58,137 nt of DNA from positions 1 through 58,137 of the IMG/VR virus record IMGVR_UViG_3300033145_001588. The stretch is one strand, 5' to 3'. The position numbers and the translations under genes are program-made. This DNA comes from a virus. Taxonomy: Duplodnaviria > Caudoviricetes. Within the stretch, counting starts at the first letter, position 1, and each line of letters opens with the position of its first letter. Shown here piece by piece: positions 46,183 to 57,319 of this stretch. The notes beneath the pieces are model-generated. The model was not told where the DNA came from. It ran no database searches and saw nothing but the letters and a program-made list of their open reading frames with translations.

Positions 46183-48426
46183 ATGGAAACCCAGTTTCAC
46201 AAGTTTCAGAAAGGTGGGGTAGCCGCGCTCAGAAAGGTAAAGAAAGCTGTTTTTAGTCTGCAAACAGTTATAGGTGGTTTGGCTATTGGGATGGTAGCAC
46301 GTGATGTTATCAAAACCAAAAATGAATTTGTGAAATACCAGAAAACGCTTGAAACACTTGAAGGTTCTCAAAAAGCAGCAAACAAGAAATGGCAAGAAAT
46401 GCTTCAGTTTGCTGAGGAAACCCCTTTCAAAATAAATCAAGTTATGGAATCGTATAAAACGTTGAAAGCATTTGGGCTTGATCCTACTGTAGAAACTATG
46501 CGAATTATGGGGGATACCGCGGCGGCATTAGGTGGATCGGATGTGCTTGGTAGGATTGCTCTGGTATTGGGGCAAATTCGAGCACAAGGTTTTATGACGG
46601 CACAAGATATGAATCAGCTCGCGAATGCAGGTATCAATGCTGGAAAGGTAATGAAAGACACTTTTGGCGCTGCAAGGGATGAGGTTGCCAAACTCAAAGA
46701 TCAAGGCGTCACCGCTAATATGATTATTGAAGCCTTGATGAAAAATATGGAAAAAAAGTTTGGTGGCCAGATGTTCGCCATGAACCGCGAATTATCCGGA
46801 CAGTGGGAAATGCTAATTTCCATCTGGGAGCGGTTCGAAGTATCGATCATGGACAGTGGATTGTATGAGTATATCAACAAAAGATTAACATTCTTGAACA
46901 AACAAATTATTAAATTAAGGGCAGACGGGACTCTAAAAAAATGGGCTGAAGAAATCAGTGATAGCTTGACAAAATCAATGGATGTTGTTTCAAGAAAAGG
47001 TATTCCGCTGATAGCAACGGTCGGAAAAACTCTTTTTCAATTAATCGATAAATTAAATGAGCACCCTGAAATAGTAAAATATGGATTAATAGGGTACTTC
47101 TTTTGGGGGAAAAAGGGGCTTGCTCTCGGCGCCATAATAGGGGCAAACATTGATAAACTGAAAAAAGGTTGGGAAGAAAGCGGCCCATTGGGTGTAATGT
47201 GGGAAGCCGCTGATGTAATGACGAAGCTTGAAAAATCACTGTTAGGCATAGGGCATGCATCTAACAAAGCAGACCCTACAGATTTTGCGAATAAATGGAT
47301 AGTAGCTATTGAAAAAATAAAAAAAGAATGGGAAAAAGAACAGGCGATGCCGCCTGTTCCTCCGCCAAAAAAGAAGGTAGGAGTAGGCGATAAACAAGGA
47401 AGAGTTGGTAGTATTATAGAGAATACAAATAAAACAATAGATGCTTACAACAAATTAATTGACCAGTTAGAATTTGAAAAATCCTTGTTAGGAGAAAATG
47501 AAGTGACACAGCGTGCAATGACCCTTGCACGTCAGAATGACATCAAAATAGGTTCCACACAGTATAATAGAATCCTGAAATTGGTGAAGGCTTATGATGC
47601 AGAAGTAAACAAACAGAAGACCCGTAATAAAATTATAGAGGAAGGTAAATCTTTGACGGAATCCTTATTAACCCCTCAGGAGCAATACGCCAAGACAATA
47701 AAGAGACTGAATACTTTGCTTGGGGCTGGCGCAATTACTCAAGAAACATATAATAGAGCAGTTGAAAAAGCAAAAGAGGACTTCACCGGATTGGAAGATA
47801 AAGGGAAAACTGCTATGGAGACCTTGACGGATGCCGTAAATGGGTTTGGTCAGGATTCAGCTCAAGCGATTACTGACTTTGCTCTCCATGGGAAGATGAC
47901 TTTTTCTGATATGATTGATTCGATGATTTCGGATCTCGTGCGAATGATGATTTATGAACAAATCACGGCTCCCTTTTTCAGGAGTATTTCAGGGTTTTTC
48001 GCTCCTGCTCCTGTTAGCCCTACTCCTGTTAGCCCTGCTATCACTATGGCCGCCAAAGGTAATGTATTTCAAAGTGGGAAAGTAATCCCCTTTGCTCGAG
48101 GAGGTGTCGTAGCGAAACCAACAGTCTTTCCAATGGCAAGCGGTGTTGGCCTTATGGGGGAAGCAGGCCCTGAAGCAGTTTTCCCGCTAAAAAGAGGGCC
48201 TGGCGGTAATCTTGGAATTGAGGCATCAGGAGGAGGGGCGATAGTGAATATCTACAATAATGTTGGTGCTGATGTATCCACTTCAGAACGCAAAACTGCC
48301 GGGGGGACGGAGATTGATGTAATGATAGATAATGCTGTTGCTAAGAAACTCGGTCAATTCGGATCACAATCAAACAAAGCTATGCGGCATAACTTTGGCG
48401 CACGGCAGCAATTAACAGGGAGATAG
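46183..48426 (+). CDS. Tape measure protein
   Basis: FAEETPF tape-measure motif; lambda-type C-terminus GLMGEAGPEA; an out-of-frame MADLGTL start lies at 46161. Confidence 0.88.
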   Translation: METQFHKFQKGGVAALRKVKKAVFSLQTVIGGLAIGMVARDVIKTKNEFVKYQKTLETLEGSQKAANKKWQEMLQFAEETPFKINQVMESYKTLKAFGLDPTVETMRIMGDTAAALGGSDVLGRIALVLGQIRAQGFMTAQDMNQLANAGINAGKVMKDTFGAARDEVAKLKDQGVTANMIIEALMKNMEKKFGGQMFAMNRELSGQWEMLISIWERFEVSIMDSGLYEYINKRLTFLNKQIIKLRADGTLKKWAEEISDSLTKSMDVVSRKGIPLIATVGKTLFQLIDKLNEHPEIVKYGLIGYFFWGKKGLALGAIIGANIDKLKKGWEESGPLGVMWEAADVMTKLEKSLLGIGHASNKADPTDFANKWIVAIEKIKKEWEKEQAMPPVPPPKKKVGVGDKQGRVGSIIENTNKTIDAYNKLIDQLEFEKSLLGENEVTQRAMTLARQNDIKIGSTQYNRILKLVKAYDAEVNKQKTRNKIIEEGKSLTESLLTPQEQYAKTIKRLNTLLGAGAITQETYNRAVEKAKEDFTGLEDKGKTAMETLTDAVNGFGQDSAQAITDFALHGKMTFSDMIDSMISDLVRMMIYEQITAPFFRSISGFFAPAPVSPTPVSPAITMAAKGNVFQSGKVIPFARGGVVAKPTVFPMASGVGLMGEAGPEAVFPLKRGPGGNLGIEASGGGAIVNIYNNVGADVSTSERKTAGGTEIDVMIDNAVAKKLGQFGSQSNKAMRHNFGARQQLTGR

Positions 48427-48428
48427 TT

Positions 48429-48788
48429 ATGAGTATCCCATCATGGCCTGTATCGCTCCCACAAACACTATTCATTGAGGGATATAAACAATCACTTCCT
48501 GATGTGACAATGAAGTCTGATATGGATGCGGGCCCTGCAAAGGTTCGGCGCAGATTCACGGCAGGGGTAACGCCAGTTTCTGGGACGCAGAAATATACAG
48601 CGGCACAATTAAGCACGTTCCAGTCTTTCTTTGAAGATACTCTTCTAGGGGGATCTCTTCGCTTTTCTTGGACGAAACCGCCTGCGCATACTGAAGCATG
48701 TGAAATGAGGTTTACCGCTGCCCCAACATTCACCGCTCTAGGTGACGGAATCTATCAAGTTGAGTTAGCTCTGGAGGTATTACCATGA
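48429..48788 (+). CDS. Distal/minor tail protein
   Basis: SDMDAGPAKVRRRFT. Confidence 0.8.
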   Translation: MSIPSWPVSLPQTLFIEGYKQSLPDVTMKSDMDAGPAKVRRRFTAGVTPVSGTQKYTAAQLSTFQSFFEDTLLGGSLRFSWTKPPAHTEACEMRFTAAPTFTALGDGIYQVELALEVLP

Positions 48789-49297
48789 CCACCGTATCAT
48801 TGAATTTCAAAGAGGCGGCATTTTCGCAAGAGACTGATAGAGTTCCAATTGCGCTGATTACCCTTTCTCATTCTGATCTTACAGATGATATCAGGATCAG
48901 TACTGATCCGACACAAGAGCTGATTGAATATACTACAGACACAGAAAAAGTTTATGGCACAGTATCAAATGGAAAGACATATATTTTTCTGCCTGTAAGG
49001 ATTAAGCTCCCTGACAGTACAGATGAAGGGCCCAGCGAGATGCGTCTTGAAATTGATAACATCCACCGCTCATATATGGAAACAATCAGGAGTATTTCTA
49101 CGCCAGCAACCTGCCAAGTTGATCTTGTGATGGATAATGCACTTGATACAATAGATGCAAGTTGGCCAGAATTCAAACTGGTCAATATTACATATGATGC
49201 AACGACAATCATAGGAACGTTGAAACTTGAAACATTAGAAACCGAGCCATATCCGGCTGGCCGTTTTGTGCCAAGCTATTTCCCGGGGTTATTCTGA
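48785..49297 (+). CDS. Minor tail protein (DUF1833-like)
   Basis: EPYP...F.P..FPGLF C-terminus. Confidence 0.75.
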   Translation: MTTVSLNFKEAAFSQETDRVPIALITLSHSDLTDDIRISTDPTQELIEYTTDTEKVYGTVSNGKTYIFLPVRIKLPDSTDEGPSEMRLEIDNIHRSYMETIRSISTPATCQVDLVMDNALDTIDASWPEFKLVNITYDATTIIGTLKLETLETEPYPAGRFVPSYFPGLF

Positions 49298-49695
49298 TGA
49301 TTGACTATGTTGGGATCCCATTTCAAAAGAACAACGGAACAAGAGAAGGCTGTGATTGTTGGCGACTTGTGGTTCTGATCTATAGAGAAAGACTTGGGAT
49401 TGGTCTTCCAGACTTCACGGGGATTTATGTTGATGGTTCGTTGGCATCGTTGAAAAAAGTTACCCGAATAATTCGGGATAAGAAAAAGGAATGGAAGAGG
49501 GTAGTTACACCGGCTCCGTATGATGTGATTCTCATTAGGACAGGAAGTATGTTATACCATTGTGGAATTGTCATAGATAAGAAACGAATGTTGCATGTGA
49601 TGGAAGGAACGGATTCGACAATCGAGGAATTCACAAGTCTGCAATGGAGAAATAAGGTTGAAGGATTTTATAGATGGAAAAGAATAGAGAAATAA
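49297..49695 (+). CDS. NlpC/P60 tail-associated peptidase
   Basis: YVGIPF...GCDCWRLV, HCGI, MLH. Confidence 0.85.
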   Translation: MIDYVGIPFQKNNGTREGCDCWRLVVLIYRERLGIGLPDFTGIYVDGSLASLKKVTRIIRDKKKEWKRVVTPAPYDVILIRTGSMLYHCGIVIDKKRMLHVMEGTDSTIEEFTSLQWRNKVEGFYRWKRIEK

Positions 49696-52600
49696 TAGTT
49701 TCACCGCTTGCTTTTCATGCGCCAAGGATAGCTCATGTTTCACATGGGGCAAGTATTCGAGAGATTGTGTATAATCTCTATCCTGATCTCAATGTGATTG
49801 TAGAGATTGATGGCACACCTATCCCTCGTGAGAAATGGAATATTGTCCCGGATGTTGATTCCCATATCTTGATAAGTATCCCATTACATGGCGGCGGAGG
49901 GAAAGATCCATTCCGGACTTTGCTGACAATTGCGGTTATTGCTGCGGCAACCGCTTTTGGCGGTCCTGCTGGAGGGGCATTGGCGGCTCAAATGGGCATT
50001 ACGTCAACGGCAGGTATTACAGCAGTATCTGCATTTGCAACCGCATCGATTGCAACCGCTGGAATGGCCTTAGTTAATGCTATTGCCCCAATTAAGCTTC
50101 CTGAACTATCAGTGGATAGATATGAGGATTCCCCTACGTATTCGATTGGGGCGAGTTCAAATCAGGAGCGCCCTTGGAAGACAATTCCTTCAATTCTTGG
50201 AAAACATCGGGTTTACCCGGCGTTTGGCGCAAGGTCGTATACTGGATTAGTAGGTGCATACGAAGATCTCCCTGAAGCGGAGGGGTACTACGCAGATATT
50301 ATAGCGCATCTTGAATTAGTCCATTCAGATGAATACCTCCGGATGCTTATTGTTTGGGGGTACGGACCAATGAAAATTGAGGATATTAAATTAGGAGAGA
50401 CCCTTTTATCCTCATACGAAGATGTGGAAATTGAAACGAAAGAAGGATGGACTACAGACACAAAAGTAACGCTTTTCCCATCTTCGATCACACAGGAATC
50501 GATTGGCGCAAAGATAACCTCAGAATCTGGACAGGTTGTCAGAACTGCTCAAGCAGATGCTGATGAGCTTACAGCCGAGATTTCCTTCGTCCATGGGCTT
50601 GTACAATTCGACGACTATGGCGCACGGGAGGATCGAAGTGTCACCGTATTGGTACAATACAGGGAGGTGGGAGGTAGTACATGGACAACTGTTGAAGAAA
50701 AAACATTCACGGATAAAACTACTTCGGCTGTTCGATATGCTTATCAGTGGAAGGTAGATAACACGAAGCAATATGAAATTGGCCTGACTCGTGTAACAGC
50801 TGATACTAATGATAATAAGATTATTGATGATGTGTATTGGGTATATCTCAGAAGTACCAAAACAGAATATCCTATTAATTTCCCGCATCCTCTGGCAGTA
50901 ACGGCGATTCGAATCAAAGCGACTGATCAATTACAAGGTCAGATTAATAATCTGAATGGCGTAGTATCATCATACTGTCCGGTATGGGATGATATCGGAA
51001 AGGAATGGGGAAGTGCAGAAAGTGAGTATGCAGTTACCAATAATCCAGCAGCTCTAATCCGTCATGTGCTTACCGGCAATGCGAATGCGAAGAAGAGAAC
51101 AGCTTCGCAGGTTGATGATGTTACTCTTGGTGAGTTCTACGAGTTTTGCGAAACTAATGGCTATGCTTTCAATATGTACAGGGATTACAAATCTTCTGTA
51201 TTTGAAACTTGTCAAGATATTGCTTCGGTGGCAAGAGCAGCAATTACTTTGAAGGATGGGCTCTGGTCAGTTGTATCAGATACAGGGGATCAGATACTCA
51301 CGCAACATATCACTCCTCGAAATTCATGGGGCTTCAGCTCGAAAAAAGTCCTCTATGAACATCCCCATGCTTTCAGGATCAAGTTCAAAAATGAAGATAA
51401 TGGGTATGAGGATGATGAGCGGATTGTTTATGATGATGGCTATTCTGAAGAAAATGCCACACTGTTTGAGACGGTGACGTTTCCTGGCATCACCGACCCA
51501 GATTTGATTTGGAAATTCGGAAGATTTCATATTGCGCAGGCAAGACTGAGACCAGAAATGTATTCTCTATATATGGATTTTGAGCATCTGGTCTGCCGGA
51601 GAGGGGATAAGGTTCGTATTTCACATGATGTGCCTCTCTGGGGGTCAGGTTGGGGGAGAGTGAAATCTCTTACCACCATAGATGGAAATATCACGCATAT
51701 CATCCTTGATGAGTTAGTTACAATGGAGACGGGTAAATCTTATGCTTGCAGATTCCGGCTGTCTGATGGGAGCTCCTTGATATTGTCTATTGTAACAAAC
51801 CCAGGGGAGACTGATACGCTTGAATTGCAGACATCTGTAGCTGAAGCATCAGGACCGAAGGTCGGCGACCTTGCTATGTTCGGCGAAGCGAATAGAGAAA
51901 CTGTTGAGCTCCTAGTCCACTCAATCCAACGGACAGGGGATTTCACTGCGCAGTTGTTTCTTGTTGATGTAGCGGATGAGATTTATGATGCTGATACTGG
52001 AGAAATACCAGCGTTCGACCCACAAATAACAACCCCAATTGATATTACGCAACGTCCCCCTAACCCTCCCATAATAGATGGTACGGCATCAGGAACGGAT
52101 GTTTCTACCATTTCCGGAGGGGGTTCGGTATCATCTCTGATTGTGTATCTGGCAGATCCTGCCAAGGGCGTGAGGGTTAGAGGATACAGACTAAGATACA
52201 GAGTAACTGGTGAGAGCCAATGGCAATATACGCCAGAGATGGAGAATCTAACAATCACAATACCGTCTGTGATTGAGGGCGTAGAATATGAGATACAAGC
52301 GCAATCAATATCAGTTTTCGGGGTATTTTCTACATGGACATCAATGACTACGGGGACGCCAGCAACACCACAAATAGTCCCGGCGCATCCTACGGGGATT
52401 TCTGCTGAATTAGTAGCCGGGGGAGAGGCATATAATTACTGCGCTATACATATTACTTTCACGTCCCCTCCTGATCCTGTTTTCTCTCATTGTGATATCT
52501 ATGCGTCTAATGATGATGTAACATATCATTATGTCGGTACTAATAGTTCAGGTTCTTTTACTTTTTCGGGGCTCGGTTCTGTGTATGAGACGGGGGATCT

Positions 52601-53069
52601 CTGTTACATTAAATTACGCAGCATTTCGATATATGAATTAGCAGAGCCTACGCCCTCCACCTATGACGTCTCGGTCTTAATTGAGGGGTATATTCGACTT
52701 GGAGGGTTCTATGTAGGGCCTACTTCTTTCAGGGATAATATTAATGCAGATGATGCTAAAATCCTGATAGACAAGACGAATACTTTAATGCGGCTTGGGG
52801 ATACTGCTACTCCATATTTGGTAATGGACGGGGATTATTCGGGAGTTCCGGCGGTCAGAAGTTCAGATTATGTTTCTGGCTTTATGGGTGCTGGATTTTT
52901 ATTAAACCATAATCTTCTGGAAGTTGGGAACATAGCTTCCAGGGGGATTCTCAGGACGTCTGTTTTTGAAACCAATTCAGTAACGGTAAACTCTGGTAGT
53001 AATATTACGGTGAAAGGCGGCGATGTACTTGCAGAGGATATGTCTGCGGATGATAATGAAACTTTTTAG
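49674..53069 (+). CDS. Tail tip / host-specificity protein (J-like, fibronectin III repeats)
   Basis: Ubiquitin-like N-terminus, TNNPA, FN3-like segments. Confidence 0.85.
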   Translation: MEKNREIIVSPLAFHAPRIAHVSHGASIREIVYNLYPDLNVIVEIDGTPIPREKWNIVPDVDSHILISIPLHGGGGKDPFRTLLTIAVIAAATAFGGPAGGALAAQMGITSTAGITAVSAFATASIATAGMALVNAIAPIKLPELSVDRYEDSPTYSIGASSNQERPWKTIPSILGKHRVYPAFGARSYTGLVGAYEDLPEAEGYYADIIAHLELVHSDEYLRMLIVWGYGPMKIEDIKLGETLLSSYEDVEIETKEGWTTDTKVTLFPSSITQESIGAKITSESGQVVRTAQADADELTAEISFVHGLVQFDDYGAREDRSVTVLVQYREVGGSTWTTVEEKTFTDKTTSAVRYAYQWKVDNTKQYEIGLTRVTADTNDNKIIDDVYWVYLRSTKTEYPINFPHPLAVTAIRIKATDQLQGQINNLNGVVSSYCPVWDDIGKEWGSAESEYAVTNNPAALIRHVLTGNANAKKRTASQVDDVTLGEFYEFCETNGYAFNMYRDYKSSVFETCQDIASVARAAITLKDGLWSVVSDTGDQILTQHITPRNSWGFSSKKVLYEHPHAFRIKFKNEDNGYEDDERIVYDDGYSEENATLFETVTFPGITDPDLIWKFGRFHIAQARLRPEMYSLYMDFEHLVCRRGDKVRISHDVPLWGSGWGRVKSLTTIDGNITHIILDELVTMETGKSYACRFRLSDGSSLILSIVTNPGETDTLELQTSVAEASGPKVGDLAMFGEANRETVELLVHSIQRTGDFTAQLFLVDVADEIYDADTGEIPAFDPQITTPIDITQRPPNPPIIDGTASGTDVSTISGGGSVSSLIVYLADPAKGVRVRGYRLRYRVTGESQWQYTPEMENLTITIPSVIEGVEYEIQAQSISVFGVFSTWTSMTTGTPATPQIVPAHPTGISAELVAGGEAYNYCAIHITFTSPPDPVFSHCDIYASNDDVTYHYVGTNSSGSFTFSGLGSVYETGDLCYIKLRSISIYELAEPTPSTYDVSVLIEGYIRLGGFYVGPTSFRDNINADDAKILIDKTNTLMRLGDTATPYLVMDGDYSGVPAVRSSDYVSGFMGAGFLLNHNLLEVGNIASRGILRTSVFETNSVTVNSGSNITVKGGDVLAEDMSADDNETF

Positions 53070-53075
53070 GAGGGT

Positions 53076-53642
53076 GTGATAATGAATGTAAAAATAAACG
53101 ATAAAGTGGAGGTAAATGTAATGAGAAATGTTAATGGAAAAGAAGGAATTAAATTGATGGCGCATTGGGAATGGGAACATTTCCGAAAAGGAAAACTCAT
53201 TGATAAGTGGGGGTATGATAATATCTGTTCGGATGAGGGTCTTAATCATATGCTTGATGTGACATTTCATGGGGTAACTCCTGTTTCACCGTGGTATGTA
53301 GAGATATTCGAATCAGATACCACTCCAGATGGAGCCACTACCTATGCTACACCTGTTTACACTCCTTGTACTTCTTATGATGAGACTACAAGACCTGAAT
53401 ACGTAGAAGCAGCGGCAAGCGGTAAAGTTATTACAAATGCTGCAAGTAAGGCTGTTTTCACTATTAATGCTAGTAAGACAGTTTATGGAGCTTCTCTTGT
53501 AGGGGGAGGTACAGCGGCTGCAACCAAAGGAGATACTGCAGGAGGAGGAGTACTTTTCAGCGCAAAGAAGTTCACAGCAGCTAAAAATGTTGTCGATGAC
53601 GATGTTCTCAACGTAACGATTGCGATTACATTAGCTAACTAA
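53076..53642 (+). CDS. Tail-associated structural protein
   Basis: EGLNHMLDV...DDDVLNVTI beta-rich pattern. Confidence 0.6.
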   Translation: MIMNVKINDKVEVNVMRNVNGKEGIKLMAHWEWEHFRKGKLIDKWGYDNICSDEGLNHMLDVTFHGVTPVSPWYVEIFESDTTPDGATTYATPVYTPCTSYDETTRPEYVEAAASGKVITNAASKAVFTINASKTVYGASLVGGGTAAATKGDTAGGGVLFSAKKFTAAKNVVDDDVLNVTIAITLAN

Positions 53643-53650
53643 GGTTCATT

Positions 53651-56600
53651 ATGGCGGTATATGAAGGCATTCTTGAAACCTGTATTCGTATAACAGAAGG
53701 CGGAGATACCCGTATAACAGAAGCGGGCGATATTCGCCTTCTGGAATATGATGGTGAGACTGTATTTTCAGTTGATTCTATTACGTCTACATGGGCAGCT
53801 CAGGCGGCCATAGATGAATCGGTTGGGGTGAGTGATTTTTCTCCGGTTCTTTGGGATGCTCAGGTTGCTATAGATGAATCAATTGGAGTATATGATAATG
53901 TATTAGTAGAGGTTTTTGTTGCTATAGATGAATCGGTTGGGGTGAGTGATTCTTCTCCGGTTCTTTGGGATGCTCAAGGATTCCTTGCTGAATTGGTTTC
54001 CATAGATGATTCTGTACCCACTACTTGGAATGCTCAAGTTGAACTCTCCGAATCGGTATCGTTAAGCGATACTTATGTACTTGCGAGAGTTTACGGCAAA
54101 ATACTGAATGAATTGATTTCTGCATCAGATGTTTTATCGGTTGACTGGAATGCTCAGGGTGCCACAGATGAATTCATTTCTGCATCAGATGTTTTATCGG
54201 TTGACTGGAATGCCCAAGTCGAACTCTCCGAATCGGTTTTCATAGAGGATTCTGTACCAGTTGCTTGGAACATTCAAGGGGTACTCACTGAATCAATTGC
54301 GGCGGGCGACAATATATTAGTAGAGATTTCTGTTGCTATAGATGAATCCGTTTTGGTATCAGATGCAATTTCTGTGTCAGGATATATAATCGGATGCTGG
54401 CTGACAATCGAAGGCAATGATACATTCCAAGTTGGCGATATTCTGTATATGAAGGAAGGGCTTGATGCAGAATGGTTGGAGGTGACTGACGTAACGTTCG
54501 CCCCTTCTTATAAGGTCACTAGAGACAAAGCGGGGGTCTATGCTGATGGCGCTAATCCGCAATGGACTAAAGGTGCTTCAATTGTCAATTACGGACAGGC
54601 AGGAGATGGCGGAATCTACCTCACTGCCTCTGATACCAATGCTCCTCATCTGTCGATTTTTACTCATAATGGTGCGCCTTGGAATTCTATCACAACTCAT
54701 ATTCGTGAAGGTAATCTCAATGGTTATGCCGGATATGAGACTGATATCTATGGCTGGGCAAGTTATATTGATGCTAATAATTACATCACGATTGACCCTG
54801 CAAATGGTATCAGGATGTCGGGAGAGATAGTAATTACTGGTGGTTCGGGCATAACATTGTTAAGTGATGCCGGCGATCTTGTAACAGCAAATGACCTTGA
54901 TGACATTGCTGACGGTACTAATTACGGTAAGATCTTAAAGACTGCTATTAGTGCTGGTAAGATAATTCTGACAGAAACAATAGGTAATCTTGATGATATT
55001 GCTGATGGTGATTCTTATGGTAGGGTAGCTACAACTGCTATTAGTGCTGGTAAGATAGTCTTGTCAAGTGGGACTGGGGTAGATGGGATTCTTCCAGTAA
55101 GCCATACAGAAGCGGATGTAACAGCTGAACATCCTTTCGTGGCTTATAGAATTTATGAATTTAGAAATTCCGCTGATGATTTTTCTGCGGATAATGCAGA
55201 TATAACACTTAATCCCGATAGTATTGTTATAACTCCCACTACAGATGACCCAAAGTTTGTGAGAGCTGTCAGTATCGACGGGAGTCTGTATGACAGAGTT
55301 AGAGTACGAATTAAAAGAAATTCTGGAAGCACTTGGCAGGGAACACTTTATTATGCCACAAGTGGGCATGGGTTCTCAGCTTCATATTATAAGCAAATTA
55401 GTTTTCCTGACATTTCCAATGGAGAATATACGGTTCTTGAATGGGATATGTCCGATTTAACTGCGGGCGGAGATGATTGGATTACAAACACCATAACAGA
55501 TATTAGATTTGATTTTGCAACGTCTACAGATACTGTTTATGAGGTCGACTGGGTTGCAATAGGAAAAAAGAGTGTTGGGGATATAACCGGAGAAAATACC
55601 GCTGCTGCTATAGCAGATCAGGGCGCTCTTGCGACAGAAAATGCCGCTGACTGGTCAACCCAGGTTGCTGGTACTAATAAACCTGATGATAACGCTGACG
55701 TTACTTCGGCGCAGTTTACCAATCCCCTTTCGGATATCGATATCGGTATTAGCAGGGCGCTTAACGGACTGGACGCAAGCTCAATGATTACCAAAGCGGT
55801 TAAGGCATCCCTGCTTGCCGGTACTCCGGATTACGCTGGGTTATGGCTGACCTCTGGGTATTTCGGGTATTACGATGGTGCATCTTGGCCGGTGTATATC
55901 AAGGACAATGGGGATTTCTGGTTCGGCAAGGATGATGACAATTATTTTGCATATACCAGCGGGAACCTGGTGTTCAGCACGTCTCAAGCCAACGGTTTCC
56001 GGATTTTAAACGGTGGCGGGATGAAGGTTTATGATGGCGGTGATATCACATTAACCGGGACGAATGCTCGGTTAATTTTTGATGGAGGCGAGTTGGTCAG
56101 TAATGACAGTCAGAATCTCCAGATGATTGGTTGGGATTCCCATGTTTTGATTTCCGCCACCGGTTCGGAGTATGAGTTATCTCTCGATGCTGGATCCCGC
56201 ATACGAATGACCACCGGACAGGGTACTTTAACATTGGGACAGGGGCAATGCAATATTAGTGAGTATTTGTGGGTTGATAATGATATCGCTTTGTCTGGTA
56301 AAATTGATCTGACTACGGAAGGCGACATTGTAGCTGACGATGCTGTCCGGCTGAAAGCTACGGCGTCAGGAGGTACAATTGCTCATTATGCGTATAACAC
56401 CGCTTTTTTATGGACTTCTACCAATTTTTATGCAGACAACACAACAGAAACTATCGATTGCGGAAGCAGTACTCGTTATTGGAAAACTGTGTACGCTAAA
56501 ACATATTATGAGAGCGGCGGGGGGTATAATGATGCATGGAAAAATCCCAAAACCGGGAAAATTGAGCAGATTGATGATTTAGCAATTATTATGTCTATGG

Positions 56601-56911
56601 GGACAACCGGGGAATACGATGAAGAAACCGGGCAACTAAAACTCGATCATGCTAAATCGCACCCCATACTTTTTGGGTATCATTCAGAAGATGGAGAGGA
56701 GATTGATGAAACAGGCAGGACAGTTAAAACCTGGAAAAAGGGAGACATGATCACAAGAGCAAATGGAAAGCCCGCATATAATATCAGCACCAGAATTGGA
56801 GTGGCGCATGGCGCTATTCGGCAATTGAACGCAAAAATTGAAAAGATTAATCAAGATGTATCGAAAATTAAAAAAATACTGGTTGACAATGGGATTGCAG
56901 CTGTTTCTTAG
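53651..56911 (+). CDS. Tail fibre / long structural protein with internal repeats
   Basis: ~20-aa DESV repeats, LDDIADG repeats, C-terminal coiled coil. Confidence 0.75.
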   Translation: MAVYEGILETCIRITEGGDTRITEAGDIRLLEYDGETVFSVDSITSTWAAQAAIDESVGVSDFSPVLWDAQVAIDESIGVYDNVLVEVFVAIDESVGVSDSSPVLWDAQGFLAELVSIDDSVPTTWNAQVELSESVSLSDTYVLARVYGKILNELISASDVLSVDWNAQGATDEFISASDVLSVDWNAQVELSESVFIEDSVPVAWNIQGVLTESIAAGDNILVEISVAIDESVLVSDAISVSGYIIGCWLTIEGNDTFQVGDILYMKEGLDAEWLEVTDVTFAPSYKVTRDKAGVYADGANPQWTKGASIVNYGQAGDGGIYLTASDTNAPHLSIFTHNGAPWNSITTHIREGNLNGYAGYETDIYGWASYIDANNYITIDPANGIRMSGEIVITGGSGITLLSDAGDLVTANDLDDIADGTNYGKILKTAISAGKIILTETIGNLDDIADGDSYGRVATTAISAGKIVLSSGTGVDGILPVSHTEADVTAEHPFVAYRIYEFRNSADDFSADNADITLNPDSIVITPTTDDPKFVRAVSIDGSLYDRVRVRIKRNSGSTWQGTLYYATSGHGFSASYYKQISFPDISNGEYTVLEWDMSDLTAGGDDWITNTITDIRFDFATSTDTVYEVDWVAIGKKSVGDITGENTAAAIADQGALATENAADWSTQVAGTNKPDDNADVTSAQFTNPLSDIDIGISRALNGLDASSMITKAVKASLLAGTPDYAGLWLTSGYFGYYDGASWPVYIKDNGDFWFGKDDDNYFAYTSGNLVFSTSQANGFRILNGGGMKVYDGGDITLTGTNARLIFDGGELVSNDSQNLQMIGWDSHVLISATGSEYELSLDAGSRIRMTTGQGTLTLGQGQCNISEYLWVDNDIALSGKIDLTTEGDIVADDAVRLKATASGGTIAHYAYNTAFLWTSTNFYADNTTETIDCGSSTRYWKTVYAKTYYESGGGYNDAWKNPKTGKIEQIDDLAIIMSMGTTGEYDEETGQLKLDHAKSHPILFGYHSEDGEEIDETGRTVKTWKKGDMITRANGKPAYNISTRIGVAHGAIRQLNAKIEKINQDVSKIKKILVDNGIAAVS
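53809..54350 (+). repeat. ~57-60-bp coding tandem repeats
   Basis: ATAGATGAATCGGTTGGGGTGAGTGATT and ATTTCTGCATCAGATGTTTTATCGGTTGACTGGAATGC each occur twice. Confidence 0.75.
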
Positions 56912-57284
56912 TATAACGGTTCTGTTCAATCTGTTTTGTGATTGGGACTCGACCGAACGAGCCATGCTCGGAGCGATTATCGGCCTTCAGCTCCTGGATG
57001 TGGCGCAGACCCAGACCATGACCTGTGGCGGTGGGTATAAGGAGGTTGATCCTTTTACCAGCCGGATCACCGGGGACCGGGCAGCCTGGTATGAGACCAG
57101 CGGGGTTAAAGCGACGATATTGATACCGACCCTGTATTTTGTGGGTTGTCATACAAGTAGCGGATGGTTCCGCAAACTTTTACTGATAGGGATTATGGGT
57201 ATTTCCGCAGAACCGGTATTGCACAATGAATACTTACGTGATGGGCATAACCGTATTCATATTCAATTTAATTACGCTTTTTAA
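56856..57284 (+). CDS. Membrane protein
   Basis: Several hydrophobic segments; start uncertain (56856 or 56889). Confidence 0.55.
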   Translation: MYRKLKKYWLTMGLQLFLSITVLFNLFCDWDSTERAMLGAIIGLQLLDVAQTQTMTCGGGYKEVDPFTSRITGDRAAWYETSGVKATILIPTLYFVGCHTSSGWFRKLLLIGIMGISAEPVLHNEYLRDGHNRIHIQFNYAF

Positions 57285-57319
57285 TGAAAAACAATTAAAA
57301 AATTATTAAGGAGGAAACC

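Noticed and set aside
53809-55062. Repeats in the tail fibre as a diversity-generating retroelement template/variable pair
   Set aside because: In-frame protein repeats without adenine-specific differences; no reverse transcriptase in the window
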